From Tequatrovirus NIC06P2, in the sequence record OZ035760.1: a stretch of DNA of 64,000 nt. One strand, written 5' to 3'. The notes beneath the pieces were generated by a model. It saw nothing but the letters and a program-made list of their open reading frames with translations, was not told the DNA's origin and made no database searches. Shown in pieces: positions 43,504-52,761 of this stretch. A program made the position numbers and the translations under genes. The first letter of the stretch is position 1. Each line of letters begins with the position of its first letter.

Positions 43504-45768
43504 TCATAATTTACAGGATGAACAATCTTCAGCTTTTGGAGTTTCTATTTCATAATCATCAGTACCAGAACCATCGCGGGTATTATGATAATAGAAATTT
43601 TTTCCGCCAAAATACCAGAAATACAAAAGGTCATCAATCATTATTGACATTGGAACCTTTCCTTTTGGAAAAATCTGCGGGTCATAGTATGTATTCGCTG
43701 AAGCTGATTGACATACCCATTTCAGCATAATAGCTACCTGCGTAAGATAAGGTTTATTACCTTTCTTAGCTAATTTCCACGTATAATCATAGAGGTCTAT
43801 GTTATGTTCAATATTGGGCACGACTTGATTAAAGGAACCCTCTTTTGATTCTTTAACAGAGACTGGTCCACGTGGAGGCTCGATACCGTTTGTACTGTTA
43901 GAAACTTGGGAAGATGACTCACATGGCATAAGTGCTGATAATGTGCTATTACGGATGCCAAAGAGCTTAAGGTCTTCCCGCAACGCCGACCAGTCACAAA
44001 CGTATTTTGGAGCTGCGATTTGGTCAATCTTTTTATTGTACCAGTCGATAGGTAATTCGCCTCGAGACCAACGAGTGTCTGAATAATATTCGCAAGGTCC
44101 TTTTTCTTTGGCGAGCTTAATGGATGCTTTAATGAGTCCATACTGTAATCTCTCAAATAGTTCATGTGTTAAATCGTTAGCATCTTCATAAGAAGCAAAG
44201 TTACTTGCTAGCCAAGCTGCATAGTTGGTAACACCTACACCGAGGTTACGACGCTTTTTAGCTTTTTCTGCTTCAGGAACTGGATATCCTTGGTAATCCA
44301 ACAGATTATCAAGAGCACGAACTTGAACTTCTGCCAATTCATTAATTTTATCTTGGTCTTGCCAGTCAAAATTATCTAATACGAATGCAGAAAGAGTACA
44401 CAATCCAATTTCAGCATCAGGGCTATTCACATCATTTGTTGGAATAGCAATTTCACAACACAAGTTACTCTGACGAATAGGTGCCTTTTCACGAATAAAC
44501 GGAGTATAGTTATTCGTATTATCAATGAACTGTACATAAATCCTTGCTGTTCCTGATCGTTCAGTCATGAGCAATTCAAATAGTTCACGAGCTTTAATAC
44601 GCTTTTTACGAATATTAGGGTCTTTTTCTGCTGCTTCGTATAATTCACGGAAACGGTCTTGGTCTTTAAAATAAGAATAATAAAGCTCTCCACCCATTTC
44701 ATGTGGACTGAACAAAGTAATGTAATCGTTCTTTCCGAATCGTTCCATCATCAAATCATTCAGCTGAACACCATAATCCATATGACGAATGCGGTTTTCT
44801 TCTACGCCTTTGTTATTTTTCAAAACGAGAAGATTTTCAACTTCCAAATGCCAAATAGGATAATAAGCAGTAGCAGCGCCGCCACGAATTCCACCCTGTG
44901 AGCATGATTTAACAGCAGTCTGAAAATGTTTCCAAAAAGGAATAACACCAGTATGGCGTACTTCACCCATGCCAATCTTAGAACCTTCGGCACGAATCAT
45001 ACCAACGTTAATACCAATTCCAGCGCGTTTAGAGATATATTCAACAATTGAAGCGGAAGCCTTATTGATAGACTTCAATGAATCTCCTGCCTCAATAACA
45101 ACACATGAACTAAACTGCCGAGTCGGAGTACGGCAACCAGCCATAATAGGAGTTGGCAATGAAATCTGTCGAGTAGATACTGCTTCATAAAAACGAATAA
45201 CATGTTTTAATCTATCAACAGGTTCATCTTGATGCAATGCCATTCCAATAGTCATAAATGCAAACTGTGGAGTTTCATAAATTTGACCAGTGGTTTTATC
45301 TTTAACTAGATATTTTTCTTTTAATTGCATCGCCCCGGAATAAGTAAATTCCATATCCCGCTCGTGCTTAATTTTTGATTCTAAAAATGTAATTTCTTCT
45401 GCTGAATATTTTGACAATAATTCAGGGTCGTATTTACCTTCATTTACACAGTAAGAAATATGGTCAATAAATGAACGTGGTTCATACTGCCCATAAACAT
45501 GCTTACGAAGAGCAAACATTAAACAACGTGCAGCTACATATTGATAATCAGGCTCTTCAACCGAAATAGAATTCGCAGCGGCCTTAATGACAATAGTCTG
45601 AATATCATCAGTTGTCATTCCATCACGGAGATAAGATTTAATATTTTCATATAATTCATAAGGATCTACTGATGTTCCTTCAGCTGCCCAAGATAAAACT
45701 TTAATAATTTTTTGTGGGTCAAAGCTCTGAGAAACACCACTACTTTTGATAACATTAATTAATTGCAT
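43504..45768 (-). CDS. nrdA: Ribonucleotide reductase large subunit NrdA
   Basis: 754 aa, same length as T4 NrdA, C-terminal redox cysteines CSSCKL. Confidence 0.96.
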   Translation of the reverse strand: MQLINVIKSSGVSQSFDPQKIIKVLSWAAEGTSVDPYELYENIKSYLRDGMTTDDIQTIVIKAAANSISVEEPDYQYVAARCLMFALRKHVYGQYEPRSFIDHISYCVNEGKYDPELLSKYSAEEITFLESKIKHERDMEFTYSGAMQLKEKYLVKDKTTGQIYETPQFAFMTIGMALHQDEPVDRLKHVIRFYEAVSTRQISLPTPIMAGCRTPTRQFSSCVVIEAGDSLKSINKASASIVEYISKRAGIGINVGMIRAEGSKIGMGEVRHTGVIPFWKHFQTAVKSCSQGGIRGGAATAYYPIWHLEVENLLVLKNNKGVEENRIRHMDYGVQLNDLMMERFGKNDYITLFSPHEMGGELYYSYFKDQDRFRELYEAAEKDPNIRKKRIKARELFELLMTERSGTARIYVQFIDNTNNYTPFIREKAPIRQSNLCCEIAIPTNDVNSPDAEIGLCTLSAFVLDNFDWQDQDKINELAEVQVRALDNLLDYQGYPVPEAEKAKKRRNLGVGVTNYAAWLASNFASYEDANDLTHELFERLQYGLIKASIKLAKEKGPCEYYSDTRWSRGELPIDWYNKKIDQIAAPKYVCDWSALREDLKLFGIRNSTLSALMPCESSSQVSNSTNGIEPPRGPVSVKESKEGSFNQVVPNIEHNIDLYDYTWKLAKKGNKPYLTQVAIMLKWVCQSASANTYYDPQIFPKGKVPMSIMIDDLLYFWYFGGKNFYYHNTRDGSGTDDYEIETPKAEDCSSCKL

Positions 45769-46085
45769 AAGTCCTCAACTTGAAAATCGTCTTTAAACAA
45801 TCGGTTAACTATATGAGCTATTATATCACCATGACACGGCTTTGGTTTACATGTGCATCCTAGCCTCATTCCACGTAAAGGCTCTAAATGTGCTTTAGTT
45901 ATTTCTCCGGATTTAATTCGACGTATAAAATCTTTTTTGAATAATTCAATGGCAGCCTCCCGGCTGCCAGCATCTTTACCGACGTAATTTCCCCAAAATG
46001 TACCGCGGTGAATATTAACATCAAAGTCGGATTTGTATTTATTCACTACCCGGCATAGACGGCCCACGCTGGAATAATTCGTCAT
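45759..46085 (-). CDS. Hypothetical protein (nrdA.1-like), CxC...C...H motif
   Basis: 108-aa ORF, synteny. Confidence 0.55.
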
Positions 46086-46302
46086 ATTGTTTTTCCGTTA
46101 ATACAGTAATATCGTAGTAACAGTCAGAAGAAGTTTTAACTGTGGAAATTTTATTGTCAAAATATTCACGAGTCATTTTATGAGTATAGTATTTTTTACC
46201 ATAAATGGTAATAGGCTGTTCTGGTCCTGGAACTTCTAACTCGCTTGGGTTAGGAAGTGTAAAAAGAACTACACCAGAAGTATCTTTAAATCGTAAAATC
46301 AT
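46039..46302 (-). CDS. Hypothetical protein (nrdA.2-like)
   Basis: 87-aa ORF, synteny. Confidence 0.5.
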
Positions 46303-47159
46303 ATTGCCATTTTCCCTTTAATTGCTGGATGCGATTCATAATTTTCAAGGATAAAATCTTTCGGTTTCATGTATTCAGTTAACCAGTAAAGCTGTGTTTC
46401 GGTGTCACAATTTCCAAACTCTATAGGCCAGTCAATTTTAAGTTCGCACAGTTCTTTAGGCTCACGACGTAAAATTTCTTTACATTGCTCAGTATGATTC
46501 ATATAGATGTGAGTATTACCACCAGAAAATATCAAATCTCCTGGGATAAGATTACACATCTTAGCCACAATATGCGTCAAGGCAGCGTACGAGGCAATGT
46601 TGAATGGCAAGCCCAAGAAAACATCTACACTTCTTTGGTACCATTGTAAATCAAGATAACCATTACGCACATTAAACTGATAGAACATATGACAGGGCGG
46701 TAATGCCATTTGATTGATTTCAGCTGGATTCCATGCTGAAACGATTTGACGTCGATCAGTTGGTAATTTTTTAATACGATCAATAGTTTCAACTAATTGA
46801 TCCACACCACCGAAATCACGCCATTGTTTACCGTATATAGGACCAAGTTCACCACTATGATATCCTAGGTCTTTAGCCTGGTTTTCATAGTTATCGTCCC
46901 AAATAGTTTTACCTTGAATAAGACTACCATGAGTGCGAAGACGTAAATCATTAACATTGGTAGAACCGGAAATAAACCATAGAAGCTCAGCAATGCATGC
47001 ATTCCAGGCGAGCTTTTTAGTTGTTACTGCAGGAAAACCTTTGGTTAAATCCCAACGCAATTTAGTACCGAACAAAGCAATTGTTCCTGTGCCCGTTCGA
47101 TCATCGGTTTCATAGCCATTTTCAAAAATGTCTTTAATTAAATCTTGGTATTGTTTCAT
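46299..47159 (-). CDS. td: Thymidylate synthase, uninterrupted (no intron)
   Basis: 286 aa continuous ORF recognised as T4 thymidylate synthase. Confidence 0.95.
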
Positions 47160-47203
47160 TTAGTACCTTATATAAATTATAATACATTTTATGAAGCTAA
47201 TAA

Positions 47204-47551
47204 TTAATACGGTTTAGCATCAAATTTTCTCTCAATTTCAGGCGTGAAATATAATTCTTTACCGCGTTTGGAAAAACGACCAATAATATGATAATTATTC
47301 TCATCAAACGTGATATTACCAATATCCATAGCTTTCAACCAAATATCGATATTTCTATCCAGCTTTATGTCAAAATTCCAATACGGAGAACTATTACCGA
47401 AAATACTGCAAGCGGATTCAGTGAAACAACTGCTATAAATCTTGTCTTTAGGAACTACTAATTGATAGACGCCTTTAATAAACTGAGGACCCTGCCATTT
47501 TGGTTGTTTCGCGTCTTTTTCTAATAGAATAGGGTAATAATTAAAATTCAT
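47204..47551 (-). CDS. Hypothetical protein inserted between frd and td
   Basis: 115-aa ORF, no recognisable motif; occupies the junction where T4 frd and td overlap. Confidence 0.55.
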   Translation of the reverse strand: MNFNYYPILLEKDAKQPKWQGPQFIKGVYQLVVPKDKIYSSCFTESACSIFGNSSPYWNFDIKLDRNIDIWLKAMDIGNITFDENNYHIIGRFSKRGKELYFTPEIERKFDAKPY

Positions 47552-47570
47552 ATTTCCGCCACGCGTTATT

Positions 47571-48397
<827 letters not shown>

Positions 48398-48407
48398 ATT
48401 ATTTTCC

Positions 48408-48650
48408 TTAAACAGACTTTTTCACAATTTTCCAATCAGCTTTAAACTGTTCAACGTCAGAATGGTAAATCCAGAATCCTGCGCTTTCTCCATCCTCATA
48501 AAGAGGGCATCCATCACATTCACCTTCCCATCCCATACCACGTAAAAGATGTTCAGCTTTTTCAACAAGTTCAGAATCTTTACCGATGATATTAAAATAC
48601 CATTTACCTCTAACTTCTGAATCTTTGATGCTTTGGCGTTGTAATCTCAT
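48408..48650 (-). CDS. Hypothetical protein (frd.2-like)
   Basis: 80-aa ORF with early promoter upstream. Confidence 0.55.
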   Translation of the reverse strand: MRLQRQSIKDSEVRGKWYFNIIGKDSELVEKAEHLLRGMGWEGECDGCPLYEDGESAGFWIYHSDVEQFKADWKIVKKSV

Positions 48651-48669
48651 TTTATTCTCCTTAGTTGAT

Positions 48670-48705
48670 AGGGTAATAGTATCACACTACTACCCTGATG
48701 TAAAC
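48670..48705 (-). promoter_or_regulatory. Early promoter (GTTTAC, 17 bp, TACTAT) with inverted repeat around -10
   Basis: Minus strand GTTTAC-atcagggtagtagtgtga-TACTAT; arms agggta/taccct. Confidence 0.5.
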
Positions 48706-49070
48706 TACTTTTTGAAAGTTTTTCGCAAAAGTTCAATGATTTCGTCTACATTGTTTTCATCTACAATGCAGTGAATTTTTGTTACGCCATAAACCTGGTC
48801 TTTGACTTCATCTTCTTCAGAAGTCGGTTCTTTATACTCACGAAAACAATGAAATTCGTCTTCACAAACGTTAAAGTAAAAATGCTTTCCATTTGCACAT
48901 TCAATGTGTTTTATTGCTCTAAATCCATCAGCAAAGAAAGCTTCTTTAACTTCAAACCACCCGCCATTTTCTTCAATAATTTTAACTATTGATGAATTAG
49001 AACGTGGGCGATAATTAATAAATGTATCAATAAGTCTTGGAACAAGTTCATACTTTTTGCCAATATACAT
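48705..49070 (-). CDS. Hypothetical protein (frd.3-like)
   Basis: 121-aa ORF. Confidence 0.55.
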   Translation of the reverse strand: MYIGKKYELVPRLIDTFINYRPRSNSSIVKIIEENGGWFEVKEAFFADGFRAIKHIECANGKHFYFNVCEDEFHCFREYKEPTSEEDEVKDQVYGVTKIHCIVDENNVDEIIELLRKTFKK

Positions 49071-49113
49071 TACGTTTTCCTCATTTTAACGGGCTATAAT
49101 AGCCTCTTGATAA

Positions 49114-49341
49114 TTATTGTTCAATCAGTCCCATGTAAAATTCTGCGTCTTCAGAATCCATGCCATCACAATATTCATTAGCCATAAAGCGGGTGAGGTC
49201 TTCAAGAGGACCTTCAATAACGATTTGAATACTCCAATACTTAGAATCTTGCACGCTTGTGATACTAAGTTCAGGATAACGATTACGAATAATCTCTTCA
49301 ATATATTCAAAATCAACGATGTCAATATCAACTTTAGCCAT
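49114..49341 (-). CDS. Hypothetical acidic small protein
   Basis: 75-aa ORF with GTTTAC-type early promoter upstream. Confidence 0.5.
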   Translation of the reverse strand: MAKVDIDIVDFEYIEEIIRNRYPELSITSVQDSKYWSIQIVIEGPLEDLTRFMANEYCDGMDSEDAEFYMGLIEQ

Positions 49342-49379
49342 ATTATTTTTCCCCTTTAATTATCAGCAGTATTGCCGAT

Positions 49380-49413
49380 AGTTGTATAGTACCATGGAAG
49401 GACAAGGATGTAA
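49380..49413 (-). promoter_or_regulatory. Early promoter-like element (GTTTAC ... TACTAT)
   Basis: Minus strand upstream of ORF 49114-49341. Confidence 0.4.
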
Positions 49414-49440
49414 ACCGTTTTGTGAAAAAATTTTTGAAAT

Positions 49441-49465
49441 AAAAAAGGGGACCTCTAGGGTCCCC
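49441..49465 (-). terminator. Intrinsic terminator after gene 32
   Basis: Minus strand GGGGACC-loop-GGUCCCC followed by UUUUUU. Confidence 0.65.
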
Positions 49466-49487
49466 AATTAATTAGTAATATAATCTA

Positions 49488-50396
49488 TTAAAGGTCATTC
49501 AAAAGGTCATCTAGGTCCGTGTCATCAGCACTAGATGAACTGCCAGAGCTTGAGCTCATAAAATCATCTTCAGTTTTTGTATTGAAGTCATCAACATTGA
49601 ATGCATCCAAATCATCAGCAACTTTATCAGCTTTCTTAGCAGCAGTTGCAGCGGCACCGCCCATCACAGCAGTTCCCATGACTTGACCGAATTTAGTGCT
49701 CAGTTCTTCAAACGATTTGAATTTATCTTTAGAAGTCATTTCAGAAAGGTCAACCATTTGTTCGAACAGTTCTTTCTGGAAAGATTCATCGTCAATGTTT
49801 GGAATCGCAGATTGATTCAGGAATTTAGATTCGTCGTAGTTACTAAATCCAGAAACCTGTTTAACTTTCAGTACAAAGTTAGCACCTTCCCACGGACAAG
49901 TTACATCAACTGGAGTTTCACCCATTTCAACATCAACCGCAATCATCGCGTTGATTTTATCCCAGATTTTCTTACCGAAGCGGTATTTAAATACTTTACC
50001 TTCGTTTTCTGGAGCAGCTGGGTCTTTTACAACAAGAATGTTAGCCCAGTAAGAAGTTTTACGTTTAACAAGACTGTACTCTTTATTGTCAGTGTTGTAC
50101 AGATCATTTTTACTGATGTATTGACATACTGGGCAAGAATCGTAATCACCGTGGGTAGATGAACATGTTTCAATATACCATTTACCATTTTTCTTGAAAC
50201 CGTGATTTACAAGAATTGCGAATGGTGCTTGTTCATCATTTTTAGACGGAAGAAAACGAATTACTGCTTGACCGTTACCCGCATTGTCGAGTTTCAGTTT
50301 CCACTCGCCTTTATCTTCAGAAGAAAAACCACCTTTATTTCCAGCCAGTTTAGCCATTTGTGCAGCGAGTTCAGCAGTAGATTTACGTTTAAACAT
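49488..50396 (-). CDS. 32: gp32 single-stranded DNA-binding protein
   Basis: 302 aa, recognised as T4 gp32 including acidic C-terminus; operator upstream. Confidence 0.97.
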   Translation of the reverse strand: MFKRKSTAELAAQMAKLAGNKGGFSSEDKGEWKLKLDNAGNGQAVIRFLPSKNDEQAPFAILVNHGFKKNGKWYIETCSSTHGDYDSCPVCQYISKNDLYNTDNKEYSLVKRKTSYWANILVVKDPAAPENEGKVFKYRFGKKIWDKINAMIAVDVEMGETPVDVTCPWEGANFVLKVKQVSGFSNYDESKFLNQSAIPNIDDESFQKELFEQMVDLSEMTSKDKFKSFEELSTKFGQVMGTAVMGGAAATAAKKADKVADDLDAFNVDDFNTKTEDDFMSSSSGSSSSADDTDLDDLLNDL

Positions 50397-50470
50397 TTTT
50401 ATTTCCTTTTTAATTTAATTAACAGTTGGTGCTATGACGATGTATGACCTCATAGCTGGTCAGTGAGATA
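50397..50470 (-). promoter_or_regulatory. Gene 32 autoregulatory translational operator (pseudoknot plus A/U-rich leader)
   Basis: Minus strand tgacc-gctatga-ggtca-tacatcg-tcatagc (H-type pseudoknot, 50431-50462) followed by aattaaattaaaaaggaaataaaaATG. Confidence 0.7.
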
Positions 50471-50479
50471 ATTATAATC

Positions 50480-50487
50480 TATTTATA
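50480..50487 (-). promoter_or_regulatory. Late promoter TATAAATA upstream of gene 32
   Basis: Exact consensus on minus strand upstream of the gene 32 leader. Confidence 0.5.
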
Positions 50488-50495
50488 ACAAGCAA

Positions 50496-51149
50496 TTAAT
50501 ACTTACAAGATTTCACAGTTTCAATGAAAACATTTTTAGCTTTCTGTGAATCAATATTTAAAATTTTTCTATAAGCCTTTAACTTTATAGAATAATTATT
50601 CCAGACTAAATTATCAGTCTGATCATCATGTTTATCAATTATATTTAAAAACGAATCAAGCAAGATAAACGTCTCAAACGAAATTATGTTCGATTGTAGA
50701 AGTTTAAAAATATAACTTGATTGAACTTTTGGATTATACTCAAAGATTTCTTTAAAAGCAGAAACTTCAACTTTTTTACTAAAATAATAAATGTTGCGAA
50801 TATCTTCTTCAAACTTAAATTTAATTTGCTTTAAGCGTCCGATATATTCACGATAAAACACAAGTGCATCAGCGTCAGAGATGTCACCAATCCAAGCATC
50901 TTGGTTAGCAACCAAATTACTTATAAAGATTAAAGCAAGTTCCTTTAATTTATATTTTTCTGATAACTTCTGGAAAAAATACTTATCCCTTCGCTTTTGA
51001 TAAGCGGCATCAGACACCCGCATGCACCAATTATACTTAATTACATCATACTTTCCATTCATATGCTGTTTTATCATTAAGTATAATTTATAAACTGATT
51101 TACCATCAATGTATCTTTCACCACCAGCAGGCATGCGGAGTTTAATCAT
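50496..51149 (-). CDS. 59: gp59 helicase loader
   Basis: 217 aa, recognised as T4 gp59. Confidence 0.93.
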   Translation of the reverse strand: MIKLRMPAGGERYIDGKSVYKLYLMIKQHMNGKYDVIKYNWCMRVSDAAYQKRRDKYFFQKLSEKYKLKELALIFISNLVANQDAWIGDISDADALVFYREYIGRLKQIKFKFEEDIRNIYYFSKKVEVSAFKEIFEYNPKVQSSYIFKLLQSNIISFETFILLDSFLNIIDKHDDQTDNLVWNNYSIKLKAYRKILNIDSQKAKNVFIETVKSCKY

Positions 51150-51484
51150 AGTAGAAAATCTAATGTATTAGTTTTTTCACAACGAACAACAGAAGGACGT
51201 AAAAGATTTTCGTCGATAGCTTCTGACTGAATTTTTTCAATTATACCCGAAGGAATAAATTTAGCAAATTGAGTTTCAGGAATAGAGTTTTCTTCCAAGA
51301 ATGCTGTCGTAGCTTCAAGATAACTCATTCCAAACTCTTCTACCATTTTTTCAATAATAAATCCATTTTCTTGACGATCAAGAAGCTTTGCTATTTCATC
51401 CTTTTCTTTCTTAATTGAAAGTTCTTTTTCTGAAAGACCGGTCTCATCGACCGGACGAATATCATTTAGAGAAAACTGTGTCAT
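51146..51484 (-). CDS. 33: gp33 late transcription co-activator
   Basis: T4 gp33 begins MTQFSLNDIRPVDETGL, so start at the internal ATG (112 aa). Confidence 0.9.
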   Translation of the reverse strand: MTQFSLNDIRPVDETGLSEKELSIKKEKDEIAKLLDRQENGFIIEKMVEEFGMSYLEATTAFLEENSIPETQFAKFIPSGIIEKIQSEAIDENLLRPSVVRCEKTNTLDFLL

Positions 51485-51731
51485 AAAGTTCAACTACCTC
51501 TTCAGTTTCAGCTTCAAACACATCACGGTTATCTTTATGATACAAAGCTAATAGACGATTAAACATCTTACCATCAACGCCAAGTTCATCTTTGGCACGA
51601 ATTCGAATATCTTTAATCAGTTCATTATAACCGGAAATTTTCAGTTTATGATCAGATGCTTCTTTAATAAATTTAGCCAAGTCTTCGCCATGGATAGCTT
51701 CATCAAATTCAACCATTTCTTTTTTAGCCAT
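51462..51731 (-). CDS. dsbA: DsbA double-stranded DNA-binding protein
   Basis: 89 aa, synteny and length match T4 dsbA. Confidence 0.88.
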   Translation of the reverse strand: MAKKEMVEFDEAIHGEDLAKFIKEASDHKLKISGYNELIKDIRIRAKDELGVDGKMFNRLLALYHKDNRDVFEAETEEVVELYDTVFSK

Positions 51732-51739
51732 TATTCACC

Positions 51740-52657
51740 TCAAAATTCATTAATGCTATTAGTTAATTTAGAAAGACCCGCTTTTACAAAATATGAATAA
51801 ATTTTGCCACGCGGTGGTAATTTATATGAATTATAGTAATTCACAATGTTTGAAGCAATATTATCAGGAATATAATCAAAATCAATTAGAACTAGATTTT
51901 CTTTATAACGATTATATTCAGATTCTGTGAGAAGCACCTTAGCTTGCTCACGGTCATTAGCAATAGCTTCAACGATTGAAGTTTTCATTGAAGGAGTTCG
52001 TTCACCTTCAACTCTGGTAAACCAAAAGTCAGATCGTACTTTAACTGAAGCAACGTTATCCTTTTTGTCGCCTTTAAGGATTTTAGTCATACAGTCAATT
52101 TCAGCAGAACCGCTTTTAATTTTAACCCATTTCTTGTGCATCGGTGACCATTGCTTAACATTTGGGTATTTGTGAAGTTGAGTAAAGTCACCATCCGATG
52201 AAATGATTAAAATCTTGTGTCCTTCTAAAGAGAACTTTTTAACAAGAACAGCAATGTGGTCATCTGCTTCATACTTATCAATATCCATAACAATGTATGG
52301 CATATAAGCTTTCAATTCATCTATAACTTTATGGCTGGATTCAAAATAACCTTCCCAGTCCCAAGTCGATTCTTCTCGTGCTTTTCCACGGTTTTTCTTA
52401 TAATAATACGCGAAATCACGACGCCAATATCCAGATTTCGCGTTATCAATACACAGTACAATTTTAGTGTATCCAAGAGTTTTTGCTTTTTTGACATTAA
52501 ACTTAATTGAGTTCAATATCAAATGACGAACCATTGATAAATTAATTTTTTCTTTATCTGGAAAGTTTACCAAAGCAGTTGAAAGCGCAATTTGACTAAA
52601 GTCAATTAAGCAGATTCCTTCTTTGTAATCTTCATCCAGCATCATTTCTAAATCCAT
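51740..52657 (-). CDS. rnh: RNase H (5'-3' exonuclease / flap endonuclease)
   Basis: T4 RNase H begins MDLEMMLDEDYKEG; start at internal ATG with RBS GAGG (305 aa). Confidence 0.93.
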   Translation of the reverse strand: MDLEMMLDEDYKEGICLIDFSQIALSTALVNFPDKEKINLSMVRHLILNSIKFNVKKAKTLGYTKIVLCIDNAKSGYWRRDFAYYYKKNRGKAREESTWDWEGYFESSHKVIDELKAYMPYIVMDIDKYEADDHIAVLVKKFSLEGHKILIISSDGDFTQLHKYPNVKQWSPMHKKWVKIKSGSAEIDCMTKILKGDKKDNVASVKVRSDFWFTRVEGERTPSMKTSIVEAIANDREQAKVLLTESEYNRYKENLVLIDFDYIPDNIASNIVNYYNSYKLPPRGKIYSYFVKAGLSKLTNSINEF

Positions 52658-52687
52658 ATGAACCTCGTTCAATTAGTGAGATTTCTA

Positions 52688-52716
52688 TTATATACCATCC
52701 AAATCTTAAAGTAAAC
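52688..52716 (-). promoter_or_regulatory. Early promoter for rnh (GTTTAC, 18 bp, TATAAT)
   Basis: Minus strand GTTTAC-tttaagatttggatggta-TATAAT, then RBS GAGG and rnh ATG at 52657. Confidence 0.5.
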
Positions 52717-52719
52717 AAG

Positions 52720-52727
52720 TATAAATA
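52720..52727 (+). promoter_or_regulatory. Late promoter TATAAATA upstream of gene 34
   Basis: Exact consensus about 35 nt before the start. Confidence 0.6.
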
Positions 52728-52761
52728 CTTATTATTGAAAACACAATAGGAGCCCGGGAGA

